Shown piece after piece: positions 1-8,862 of a stretch of DNA of 64,000 nt. The position numbers were made by a program, and so were the translations under genes. Source of the DNA: Acidimicrobiia bacterium (GTDB taxonomy: Bacteria > Actinomycetota > Acidimicrobiia > UBA2766); contig JBCKKC010000001.1 in assembly GCA_038904395.1 (NCBI GenBank), forward strand, positions 25,759-89,758, in the 5' to 3' direction. Numbering within the stretch: the first letter of the stretch is position 1; every line of letters begins with the position of its first letter. The notes below the pieces were generated by a model, which searched no databases, was not told the origin of the DNA, and worked only from the letters and a program-made list of their open reading frames with translations.

Positions 1-1020
1 AATAATGTCTCATTGGGAGCGTTTAATACTTTTCACGTAACAGCGAGCGCCAGCCAAGCCTGTTCTGTCAATTCCACACAGGCAATACAACATTTGTGTC
101 ACGATGGTCACCTTGCCGATACGAGGCTAGTGCTTGGCCAAGGCAGCAACGTGCTCTTCGCCAATGACCCTCCTGGCCTGGTCGTCATCAATCGCATCCG
201 AGAACTTAGCCTAGTCAACGAGACAAGTGACCACGTCTGGTTAAAAGTGGGCGCTGGGGAAGTCTGGCATGAATTAGTTGAGCATTGTGTTGCCCATAGC
301 TATGGCGGAATCGAAAACTTGGCCTTAATCCCGGGCTGTGTGGGCGCCGCTCCTGTGCAAAACATCGGGGCCTACGGCGTTGAGCTGGCCGATACATTTG
401 TTGAGCTAGAAGCCTTACTCATCGACACGTGCAAGCTAGTGACCCTAACGGCGAACGATTGTCAGTTCGAATATCGCGACAGCATCTTCAAGCACGAACT
501 CAAAGACAAGGCGATCATCACATCGGTCACCCTGCGTCTGAACAAGAACCCTCACGTCAATCTGAACTACGGGGCACTCACCCACTACTTCCGCGACCAC
601 GACCTTCACACCCTCGACATCAAGAGCGTCTTTGAAGCTGTTTGCGACATCCGCCGGTCAAAACTTCCTGATCCTGACGTGATCGGTAATGCGGGCAGCT
701 TTTTCAAGAACCCGTTCGTGACCGTCGACACGTGCGACTCACTCCTTGGCCAGCATCCCTCGATGCCCTATTTCAGCTCTGATGACGACGATGATTCAAC
801 AACGGTCAAGTTGTCGGCCGCCTGGCTCATCGACACATGCGGATGGAAAGGGCACCGCCGCGGCGACATTGGCGTCCACCCCCACCACGCCCTCGTGCTC
901 GTCAACTATGCCGACAACTCCCCCAACGGCGCCGCCATTTGGCAACTCGCCCAAGAAATCCAAACCTCTGTCGACGAAACATTCGGCGTCACCCTCACCC
1001 CCGAAGTAACCATCATCTAA
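1..1020 (+). CDS. murB: UDP-N-acetylenolpyruvoylglucosamine reductase MurB (5' end beyond window start)
   Basis: Near-colinear match to E. coli-type MurB over the whole ORF, including the IPGCVGAAPVQNIGAYGVE and DSIFKH motifs and a KLPDP..GNAGSFFKNP loop. The reading frame is open to position 1 and the annotated first codon is TTG. Confidence 0.9.
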   Translation, partial: NNVSLGAFNTFHVTASASQACSVNSTQAIQHLCHDGHLADTRLVLGQGSNVLFANDPPGLVVINRIRELSLVNETSDHVWLKVGAGEVWHELVEHCVAHSYGGIENLALIPGCVGAAPVQNIGAYGVELADTFVELEALLIDTCKLVTLTANDCQFEYRDSIFKHELKDKAIITSVTLRLNKNPHVNLNYGALTHYFRDHDLHTLDIKSVFEAVCDIRRSKLPDPDVIGNAGSFFKNPFVTVDTCDSLLGQHPSMPYFSSDDDDDSTTVKLSAAWLIDTCGWKGHRRGDIGVHPHHALVLVNYADNSPNGAAIWQLAQEIQTSVDETFGVTLTPEVTII

Positions 1021-1088
1021 GCTGCCACAGCCTTCGGATAGGCACAGCGTTTTGACTAGTACCGGACAGCGAAATGGTTACTACAGTT

Positions 1089-1274
1089 TCAAGGCTTCTT
1101 GTCCAGTGCATTCAAAAAGTCGTCGCTTGAATCGAAAGTAGACACATGACCCGCTGCAACATCAGCATCGGCCTCATGTTCCGATTCTTGCCAACGCTTG
1201 GTCCAGAACCACTGCTGTTCGGCCAGTATGGGCACCATCGGGTGCAATTCGATGAAGATATCTCTGCCAGTCAT
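1089..1274 (-). CDS. hypothetical 61 aa acidic protein, translationally coupled (ATGA overlap) to the upstream Phd-type antitoxin
   Basis: The start ATG overlaps the antitoxin stop (TTATGACT). It has no PIN, RelE or YoeB motifs that I recognise. It could be a small or novel toxin partner, or a remnant. Confidence 0.3.
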   Translation of the reverse strand: MTGRDIFIELHPMVPILAEQQWFWTKRWQESEHEADADVAAGHVSTFDSSDDFLNALDKKP

Positions 1275-1507
1275 AAAGATGGATCCAGCGCAGTGTCGAG
1301 GTCAGCCCGGAATCTACCAGGGTCAACATGGGGAAGATGCCGCCAACGTTCCAGCAAAGCTGTCGCATTTACACGCGGATTCGACAGCGGACGAAGTTCG
1401 GCAACTGGGCGCCCGGAGCGGGTAACCGTCAGATGCTCGCCTGCTTCGACACGATCAATTGCTGCCCCGACGTGGTTTCTCAGGTCCCGAATCGTTACGT
1501 CAGCCAT
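1271..1507 (-). CDS. Phd/YefM-family (mycobacterial VapB-type) antitoxin
   Basis: ADVTIRDLRNHVGAAIDRVEAGEHLTVTRSGRPVAELRPL is a classic Phd/YefM N-terminus. The C-terminal ..FRADLDTALDPSL tail is of the type seen in VapC-binding antitoxins. The listed ORF start (GTG at 1558) lies inside the MITE terminal repeat, so I moved the start to the internal ATG. Confidence 0.65.
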   Translation of the reverse strand: MADVTIRDLRNHVGAAIDRVEAGEHLTVTRSGRPVAELRPLSNPRVNATALLERWRHLPHVDPGRFRADLDTALDPSL

Positions 1508-1546
1508 ACCAAGCATTGTATTACACGTGAGACACAACGAGGTCCG

Positions 1547-1745
1547 GTAACCATTCACCCCCTCTCGTCATCCTGAGGGAGGCGCTAGCCGACCGTGAGG
1601 ATCCACCTGCGGCGAAGCCGCAGATCCACCTACATGTTCGAACCATTTTGAATTGCTCACTGCGTTCGCAACATAGCAAAGTCTGGATTGCCACGCCCTG
1701 AAGAGCCAGGGCTCGCAATGACGAGAGGGCGTGCTTAATGGCTTT
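1547..1745. mobile_element. MITE-like palindromic repeat element, copy E1 (full length)
   Basis: Left terminus GTAACCATTCAC, arm CGTCATCCTGAGGG, central hairpin GGATCCACCTGCGGCGAAGCCGCAGATCCACC, palindrome TTGAATTGCTC..GCAA, and right arm GGATTGCCACGCCCTG..CCAGGGCTCGCAATGACG. Shared with about 19 other loci in the window. Confidence 0.8.
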
Positions 1746-1762
1746 AGCCTTGCTTGACCTGT

Positions 1763-2932
1763 TCAAGTGCCTTTGAAGTTGAGGACTTGGGTTAGGGTGT
1801 GCTCGACTTCGACGAGGTCGCTTTGGTCGGCCATCACTTGGTTGATATCTTTGTAGCAGGACGGGATTTCATCGAGGAGCGATTTGGCTCGACCCTTTAA
1901 CCAGACTTTGCCCCGCATTTGGTCGGAGAGTTCCTGGGTGGTGAAACGCTTGCGGGCTTGAGTGCGAGAGAAGCGGCGGCCGGCGCCGTGCGCACAGGAA
2001 TTGAAACTGTCACGATTGCCCTTGCCACGAACAATAAAGGTTTGCGTACCCATCGAGCCTGGAATGACCCCGTAGTCGCCCGGCTCGGCCCGAATCGCGC
2101 CCTTGCGGGTGATCCAGAGTTCTTTGCCGTCGTGCACCTCTAGGGCGGCAAAGTTGTGATGACAGTTGATGCGCTCGATTTGTCGACCGCGCCCAACCTC
2201 GTGAAACACTTCGGCCAGAACCGCATCCATCATGCGCTCCCGATTGCCGAGAGCGTAATCTTGCGCCCACAACATGTCGTCAATGTAAGTAGTGAATTCC
2301 GGCTGGCCCTGTTCGAAATAGGCCAGGTTGGGATCGGTCAGAGGCACCTGATTAGTTTTGGCCAGCTGACGAGCCTTGCCTATATGGTGACGGGCCAGCT
2401 CGTTACCGATCCATCGACTCCCCGAATGCAGCACCACCCAGACTTGCCCATTTTCGTCAAGGCTAACCTCTATAAAATGGTTGCCCGAGCCGAGCGTGCC
2501 GAACTGCTGAACTGTCTTCTTAACTTGCTTATCGGAGAAGTTGCTGGGCGGTGGATGCTTGGCCAGCCAGGCTTGCGAGTGGCCTATCGCCGGACCGCCT
2601 CCATGATGACTCTCGCCAACGCCGGCTGGAATGACCCGATTGATGCGAGTCAGGAGAGGCTCCAGCGTGTCGGGAAGATCCTCTTGAGACAGGTCTGTCT
2701 GCACCGCTATCATCCCACAACCGATATCGACACCAACCGCCGCCGGAATTACCGCGCCTTCAGTTGGAATGACAGACCCGACTGTCGCCCCAATTCCCAA
2801 GTGAGCATCCGGCATTAACGCCACATGTCCGCTCACAATCGGCATCTCAGCAGTCTTGATAGCCTGCTCGAGCGTATTCGAGTCGAGCTCGGAAGCCCAG
2901 TTCAACAACTTCGGCGTAACTAGTTCTGGCAT
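1763..2932 (-). CDS. rtcB: RNA-splicing ligase RtcB
   Basis: Motifs DIGCGM, GSGNHF, CHHNF, TRKGA, PGSMGT and CAHGAGR are diagnostic of RtcB. Length 389 aa. Confidence 0.9.
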   Translation of the reverse strand: MPELVTPKLLNWASELDSNTLEQAIKTAEMPIVSGHVALMPDAHLGIGATVGSVIPTEGAVIPAAVGVDIGCGMIAVQTDLSQEDLPDTLEPLLTRINRVIPAGVGESHHGGGPAIGHSQAWLAKHPPPSNFSDKQVKKTVQQFGTLGSGNHFIEVSLDENGQVWVVLHSGSRWIGNELARHHIGKARQLAKTNQVPLTDPNLAYFEQGQPEFTTYIDDMLWAQDYALGNRERMMDAVLAEVFHEVGRGRQIERINCHHNFAALEVHDGKELWITRKGAIRAEPGDYGVIPGSMGTQTFIVRGKGNRDSFNSCAHGAGRRFSRTQARKRFTTQELSDQMRGKVWLKGRAKSLLDEIPSCYKDINQVMADQSDLVEVEHTLTQVLNFKGT

Positions 2933-3023
2933 GACTTCACCGTAACAGGCGCGACCGGCCCCGGCGCCACGTTGCCCTAGACTGTGCTAGATTACTTTGG
3001 CATTCAAAACCAAGGGGGTCATC

Positions 3024-3188
3024 ATGGCCGAAAATGCTGAAGATAATCAATATTCCAGGTTTTCGGAAGATGCTGGTGGTCGATTAGCCTATGCGTCGCC
3101 TTGTCTGATGACTTTTGGTGCTCTGAATAGCCTTGTTGGCGGGGCGCATGGAGGAAATGCCGATGTAGGTAACATTACTTCGGGATGA
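3024..3188 (+). CDS. hypothetical small protein (54 aa) with Gly-rich C-terminus
   Basis: Strong SD AAGGGGG lies 5 nt upstream of the ATG at 3024. The ORF stands alone on the + strand between rtcB and the NHL lipoprotein gene. No recognisable domain. Confidence 0.3.
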   Translation: MAENAEDNQYSRFSEDAGGRLAYASPCLMTFGALNSLVGGAHGGNADVGNITSG

Positions 3189-3325
3189 AATTGGTTTGGT
3201 CCTGAACTCAGGTCACCGCATCCGGTTTTTCGCGCGCGAATGAGAGCTATTTGACCTTGCCATTGGATAGCTCGGGGGCAATTTACTGAGCTGGTTCCGT
3301 TCCGTTCGAGAGGATCGAGCTGACA

Positions 3326-5632
3326 CTATGGTCTGATGATTCTGATTTGGTTGTTGCCGGTGTCGGCGATTTTTAGGGTGTTGTCGGGAAGGACCTGTAC
3401 GTCTTGTGGGTAGTTAAAGCTGGCGTTTTGAGGGTTGCCGTTGTTCCTGATTTGGGTTGCTGGCATCGCGGCGTCTGCGGGGGGTGGTTGATTGCCCGTG
3501 CCGGCGAGGGTGGTGATTTTTCGATCCTGCGCTGAAGCGGCATGGTTGACGTAGCGGATGCGTTGATTGAGCGTGTCGGCTATGAATATGTCGCCGTCGC
3601 CGTCATCGTCTACCCCGACATCTTGGGGAATTGATAGTTTGGCCTGGTCTGCTTGACCGCCGTCTCCGGTGAATCCGCCAAGATTGTTGCGGTTGAAGGG
3701 TAGTGCGCTGGCGTCGGGCGGTAGGCCAGCCGGGTTGCCAGCCCAGTTCTCAATTCTGTCATCAGGAGTGACTTTGCGTATTAAGTGGTTGTAACTGTCG
3801 GCTAGGAAGATGGTTCCGTCTCGCATAACTGCTAGACCTAAGGGGTGGTTGAGTCTGGCTTGTGTCGCGGTTCCGCCGCCGTCGTCATAGCCGGGAGTGC
3901 CATCGCCAGCGAGAGTGATAACGTTGCTTGGCGTTCCGGCGGCGTCGACGCTGAAACGGATGATTTGGTGGTGTAGCCGGTCGGCGACGTAGACATCACC
4001 GTTGCGGTCTAGTCCGAGGCCCGACGGCTGATGTAGATTTGTTTGGTTTGCGGGGAGTTGTTGTGAGGAGTTCCTTGGCTCAGCGTGGCCTGTGCCTGCG
4101 ACGGTGGTGATATTTCCGCCTTCTGTGAACATGCGGATACGGTTGTTTCGGCTGTCTGAGAAGAAGATGCGGCCTGCGGGGTCGACTTCAATTCCCCAGG
4201 GGGCGTTGAGTTGGGCGGCTGTGGCTGGGCCTCCGTCGCCGCACGGGCTGGTTGCGAGTGGGCACTTAACACCCGCCGTGCCAGCTATGACGGTCTGAAC
4301 CCCACCGGGTGTAACTTTCACGATCGTGTCATTTTGCCGATTTGTCACATAAGTGTTGCTGGCAGCGTCAGTATCACTGCTAGAAGGCCAAGCAAACGGT
4401 AGTGGCGCAGCATTTGGACCTGGCCCTGACATCGCCGAAATGATGCCCGGGCCTTGGACGTGGTCGAAGCGGTCTCTGTCGGTGAGGCTTGAAAGAAATA
4501 CGTTACCTCGATTGTCTGCAGCGAGTCCGCTAATCTGGCCGAGGTCAGTGTTCAATGCGACACAACTGGAATTGGCACTTGGCTGGCAGCCAGAATTCGC
4601 TTGGCCAGGTGCGACTCCGGCGATATTTATAACCCGGTGATTGGATGAATTCAGCATTTGAACCGTGTGCTTGGGCCTATCAACCAGGTACAGATTATCT
4701 GCCTGATCTGTTGCTAAATCTGTGGGGCTTTCCAAGTCAAGGGTGAATGGCGCTTGCTGCAGAGCTCCCCTAATTTCTGCTCGGGCGTACGGGATAACTT
4801 CATCTGGCGGGTCGAAGTTACCTTGTCCTTTCCTGACTCTTAGGATCTGGCGATTATCGGTATCGGATATGTAGAGGCTTCCGTTGGAGTCAGTTGCTAA
4901 ACCCGAGGGATTCTTGAGCGCCAGTGGTTCCTTATTGGCCTTTGGGAGAGTGCTGATTCTCAAGTCCGTGCCTGCTGCGAGGGTTGGGGGACTAGTGACC
5001 ACGCGGACGTTATTCGCTTTAGGGTCTGCGATGAATAAGTAGCCGTTGTCGAATCGGGTAGCGTTGATTGCTGCTACCGCAACGGGCGTCTCGAATCGAG
5101 CATCTTGTGGCGGCCTACCATCACCGTTGCCTGCAAAGAAACCAGGCGTATCACCGTTGCCGGCGACATCGAAGATCTGTGGGGGTGTGCCAAGCGTCAC
5201 AAGTCTTACCCGTCGGTTGCCTGTGTCAGCTATATAGAGTTTGCCCGGATTTGTTCCGCTGGGCGGGAGAAACGCCAAACCCACTGGGTCTTTGAGTTCT
5301 GCGGTGAGGGGATTATTGTTGGCTCCGGCTGAGTAGCCGGCACTTCCTCGGATTCCAGCTAGGAGTGTGTACTGATTTGTTTGCTGCGAGTGTCGATAGA
5401 TGAGGCTCCCCGCAGTATCACTTACGAACGTATCGCCCGTGGTAGGATCCAGCGCTACCCCGGCCGGCTTTATATTCGTATTAGAGTTGACCTCAAATAT
5501 CTTCCCGTAGTCAATGATCCCTTGACTCTCGGCTTGAGGTGCCGGGGTGGGGGTAGGTTTTGTGGCGCAGGCCGCTACGAGCGCGAGAATGACGGCAATT
5601 GTTGAGGCGCTAACGACTCGTCTAGGAACCAT
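3326..5632 (-). CDS. NHL-repeat beta-propeller lipoprotein
   Basis: Signal peptide plus lipobox LVAAC. At least 10 NHL-type repeats are present (YIADTGNRRVRLV, YISDTDNRQILRV, FFSDSRNNRIRMF, VYVADRLHHQIIRF, IFLADSYNHLIRKV, IFIADTLNQRIRYV, LKIADTGNNQIRII). Confidence 0.85.
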   Translation of the reverse strand: MVPRRVVSASTIAVILALVAACATKPTPTPAPQAESQGIIDYGKIFEVNSNTNIKPAGVALDPTTGDTFVSDTAGSLIYRHSQQTNQYTLLAGIRGSAGYSAGANNNPLTAELKDPVGLAFLPPSGTNPGKLYIADTGNRRVRLVTLGTPPQIFDVAGNGDTPGFFAGNGDGRPPQDARFETPVAVAAINATRFDNGYLFIADPKANNVRVVTSPPTLAAGTDLRISTLPKANKEPLALKNPSGLATDSNGSLYISDTDNRQILRVRKGQGNFDPPDEVIPYARAEIRGALQQAPFTLDLESPTDLATDQADNLYLVDRPKHTVQMLNSSNHRVINIAGVAPGQANSGCQPSANSSCVALNTDLGQISGLAADNRGNVFLSSLTDRDRFDHVQGPGIISAMSGPGPNAAPLPFAWPSSSDTDAASNTYVTNRQNDTIVKVTPGGVQTVIAGTAGVKCPLATSPCGDGGPATAAQLNAPWGIEVDPAGRIFFSDSRNNRIRMFTEGGNITTVAGTGHAEPRNSSQQLPANQTNLHQPSGLGLDRNGDVYVADRLHHQIIRFSVDAAGTPSNVITLAGDGTPGYDDGGGTATQARLNHPLGLAVMRDGTIFLADSYNHLIRKVTPDDRIENWAGNPAGLPPDASALPFNRNNLGGFTGDGGQADQAKLSIPQDVGVDDDGDGDIFIADTLNQRIRYVNHAASAQDRKITTLAGTGNQPPPADAAMPATQIRNNGNPQNASFNYPQDVQVLPDNTLKIADTGNNQIRIIRP

Positions 5633-5972
5633 GTTGTAGCTCCGATGTGCTGGATATGGTTGTTGCTTACTACTTCGGCATGTGCACTGTGGAGCTTTAA
5701 AGAAATTCGTGATTCGAGCTGAGAGATTTAAGGATCGATGATTCTGATTAGGTTGTTGATGGTGTCAGCGACGCACGCCCACCTGCCAGGTGCATGCCCG
5801 CTCCGTTGGAGCACACTGGTCAAATAGGCCAAGATCTGACCGCCACGAGAAGCAAGCCGCCAACTAGGCTCGACCAGTCACGCTCTGATATCAGTACTCG
5901 GGGCATAGTAAAATGCCCACAACCGGTTCGCTGAGGAACTGCCGAAATCGCAATCGAACTGGGGAGGTGGAA

Positions 5973-7880
5973 ATGCAAGCACAAGTTTCAGGAACTTTGA
6001 GCCCTAGCGTCCGACTGCTTACCGCGTCAAGTGCCGAAAAGTCTCATGATAGCGCCCACCGCACACATTGCACGGGTCCATTAACACTAACTTGGGTGCC
6101 CCACAGGCAAGTTACCATTCATCCATCTTCGGAGTCGCACCAGCCTCACTTCCAAACAATTTTCATAGGGACTCTGGGCGCCAGAGAGGCCTTGGCCAGC
6201 CGACTCCGGTCCTCGCCCAAACCCAATCCCCTCTCCGACGCTCAGCTGGCAACAGAGGCATTTCAGAACTGGGGACACGCCTGTGTAGACCACTTGGTGG
6301 GTGACTTTGCTTTTATTGTTTGGGATGCGCAGGATCAGATGCTGTACATGGCGAAGTCATTTCTGAGCACTTGCACCCTGTATTGGACAATCTCGAGCGA
6401 CGGCTTCCTGTTCGCATCGCAAGCGAGGCTGCTACTAGAAAATAGCCGAGTCAAAATCGCCCCGAACGAGGGGTACCTAGCCGAAATCTATTCGGGCCTG
6501 ATTTCGACACTGACAGAGACTCTGTATGACGGCATCTATCAGCTGCCGGCAACACACCATCTCACGATACGCCCTGGCGGTTCTCCCAAGATATCCTTCT
6601 GGCATACTCGCTTGCCCAAACAGGACCACCAAACGAGCTTCGCAGACAATGCCGCTCAGTTTCGCACGCTATTACAAGAGGTCGTGGCCGAGACTGTAAC
6701 CGATTCCAAATGCGGGTTCACTCTGAGCGGCGGACTCGACTCGTCGGCGCTAGTGTGCACGGCTGAACAGCTCGCCAAAAATGGAACCATCGACCGGAAC
6801 TGGCAAGTCGGCTCACTTGTGTTTCCCGGATTGGACTGCGACGAGACCGACTACATCCGGACTGTGACCGACAAGTGGCAGCTCGAAAGTGCTGACTTCA
6901 AACCCACCTCCTACGATTGGCAGTATTGGTTTGACTGGTCCAAGACGCACGTGGACCTCCCACCGCCACCAAATGCAACGTTTCTTCAGGAGCTAATCGC
7001 CACATTTCAAGACCGCCGCGTAGAAACTCTCGTCACAGGCCTAGGGGGCGATGAGTGGTCTAGCCCCGCTATGCCCAACCTGCACTGGCATGACTACGTG
7101 CGTAGAGGACAGGTTCCGACAATGTGGCGCCAGGCCGGAATATCGACAAAACTGAGTCAAAGAAAATGGAGGGAGGTCTCCGGAATTGCGCGTGCGGGTC
7201 TCTCCCCTCTGGTACGTCCTTGGCCAAGAACCATGTGGGACCGCTGGCCATCAACGGCGAATCCGGCAACACCCTGGCTCAACGCGGACTGGTCACTCAG
7301 GCAAGGGCTCGTAGAGCGAGCTAACTTGCCAATCCCTGTCCCCGAGACATCGAGCTACGACCAATTCGGCCGCTACGGCCTCGCCAACTGGGGATACCTT
7401 TACCATAACCTCGATTCCATGACCCGCCTGGCTGCCACCTTCGGCCTGGATGTCGTCCACCCGCTAAATGATCGCCGATTGGTCGAGTTTCTCTTGAGCA
7501 GGCCGGGCCATCACCTCTATGCAGATGGCGAAAGGAAACGCTTGTTACGCGAGTCGATGAAGGGGATTCTCCCCGAAGTCGTGCGGACCAGAAAAACGAA
7601 GGCCGAATTTTCGGCATCGATGTATGAAGCTCTCGACCAAACGAGGGGCATGGCCGATGTCAACACGTTCGCAGCGGTGGAACACGGTTGGCTCAATCGA
7701 GATGGCATCCAAAAACTGTTCGACACATACGAAGCCAACCGCTATCTCAAACGCGGCCAACTCAACGTCGGCTACAACATCACCCGTTGCTTATTCAATC
7801 TTTTCGCCGTCGAAATGTGGCTTGCCTCTACGTTCCCCGACCTCGTCCCCTCCAACCACTTCACCAACCGCTTCGGTTAA
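5973..7880 (+). CDS. asparagine synthetase (AsnB)-family adenylating enzyme lacking the N-terminal Cys nucleophile (lasso-cyclase-like)
   Basis: SGGLDSS PP-loop, plus GDFAFIVWD..LYMAKS.. alignable to the AsnB GMFAFALYD region. The N-domain is degenerate with no MCG start. SD GGAGGTGG lies 4 nt before the ATG at 5973, and the upstream 20 codons of the listed ORF are probably not translated. Confidence 0.75.
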   Translation: MQAQVSGTLSPSVRLLTASSAEKSHDSAHRTHCTGPLTLTWVPHRQVTIHPSSESHQPHFQTIFIGTLGAREALASRLRSSPKPNPLSDAQLATEAFQNWGHACVDHLVGDFAFIVWDAQDQMLYMAKSFLSTCTLYWTISSDGFLFASQARLLLENSRVKIAPNEGYLAEIYSGLISTLTETLYDGIYQLPATHHLTIRPGGSPKISFWHTRLPKQDHQTSFADNAAQFRTLLQEVVAETVTDSKCGFTLSGGLDSSALVCTAEQLAKNGTIDRNWQVGSLVFPGLDCDETDYIRTVTDKWQLESADFKPTSYDWQYWFDWSKTHVDLPPPPNATFLQELIATFQDRRVETLVTGLGGDEWSSPAMPNLHWHDYVRRGQVPTMWRQAGISTKLSQRKWREVSGIARAGLSPLVRPWPRTMWDRWPSTANPATPWLNADWSLRQGLVERANLPIPVPETSSYDQFGRYGLANWGYLYHNLDSMTRLAATFGLDVVHPLNDRRLVEFLLSRPGHHLYADGERKRLLRESMKGILPEVVRTRKTKAEFSASMYEALDQTRGMADVNTFAAVEHGWLNRDGIQKLFDTYEANRYLKRGQLNVGYNITRCLFNLFAVEMWLASTFPDLVPSNHFTNRFG

Positions 7881-8125
7881 CCAATTCATCGACGGAGGTC
7901 GAGCTACTGTTGCGTGATTCCTAACTATCGTCGTAGTTCCCCGAGAGTGATTTCCGCCTCGAGTTGTGCTTGCTTAACAGCGATTCGCTTTTGCGCGCCG
8001 GGGCGCTGCCGAACCTTACGATCGAGTTCTTGCCACTTCCCATAGGTTCGAGCCAATGTCAGCCACCTCCCTCTTCCAGCTCACGCTCACCCAAATATGC
8101 GTCATACAAGGAGACCTGTCCTGGC

Positions 8126-8461
8126 CTAGGCGACAGTTCGGTTTAGTTCTATTAGCGTTTCAGTTTCATCAGTCGGACTGGTAATTAATACGGAGATTTG
8201 GAGCCCAAGCGCCTCAGCGATTTTCTGGAGGGTTTCTAACTTCGGGGTCCCGGCAGTGCCTGCTTCCAGGCGTGAGATGTTTGGTTGGGCAATACCGCAT
8301 TGACTTGCAAGTTGCGCCTGGCTTATTCCCCGACCCTGCCGGAGGACACGAAGTTTCTCACCTATTTGGTAGGCCTGGAGTTCCTCTTCATAGGCACGGC
8401 TGAACTCTGGACTGTGTTCGCTGTCTTTGCCTCTGATGTCAGACCATTTACTTCTACTCAT
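8126..8461 (-). CDS. XRE-family helix-turn-helix transcriptional regulator
   Basis: LRVLRQGRGISQAQLASQCGIAQPNISRLEAG is a canonical HTH_XRE. Confidence 0.8.
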   Translation of the reverse strand: MSRSKWSDIRGKDSEHSPEFSRAYEEELQAYQIGEKLRVLRQGRGISQAQLASQCGIAQPNISRLEAGTAGTPKLETLQKIAEALGLQISVLITSPTDETETLIELNRTVA

Positions 8462-8612
8462 ATCCTCCTGGCGATATGGTTTCGCTGGCAGCGCCTCCTA
8501 TCATATCAGTCATGATATAGGGTCGGCTTGTTCAGGCAACAAGGGGGCCACATCAAACCGTCATTCCGTGACAATTCGGGGGGGGCCGCCAAAGTGTCGC
8601 TATCAGGCATTT

Positions 8613-8829
8613 CGTCATCCTGAGGGAGGCCCTGCCAGCCAACCGAAGCCCTGATGCGAAGCGAAGGGGTGAGGATCCAGGAATCCGAATTCTGTGAGCG
8701 AAGCGAGCAGTTCAAAATGGATCGAATCTACGGGTGGACCTGCGGCTTCGCCCCAGATGGATCCTCACGCCCTGGCTGGCGCCAGGGCTCAGGATGACGG
8801 AGGGGGGGCGACGAGGACGTGAATAGTAC
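8613..8829. mobile_element. MITE-like repeat element, copy E2
   Basis: CGTCATCCTGAGGG arm, central GGATCC..CTGCGGCTTCGCC hairpin, CCAGGGCTCAGGATGACG arm, and GGACGTGAATAGTAC terminal repeat. Confidence 0.75.
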
Positions 8830-8862
8830 GTGACCAGGCAACAATGGGGCCACATCAAACTG

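Noticed and set aside
1146-1576. Plus-strand ORFs 1146..1550, 1198..1425 and 1328..1576
   Set aside because: They are antisense to the Phd antitoxin and its coupled small ORF, and have no RBS or domain support.
5913-5972. Upstream 20 codons of the AsnB-like ORF (MPTTGSLRNCRNRNRTGEVE)
   Set aside because: Arg/Asn-rich and non-protein-like. A strong SD (GGAGGTGG) precedes the internal ATG at 5973, so the extension is probably untranslated.
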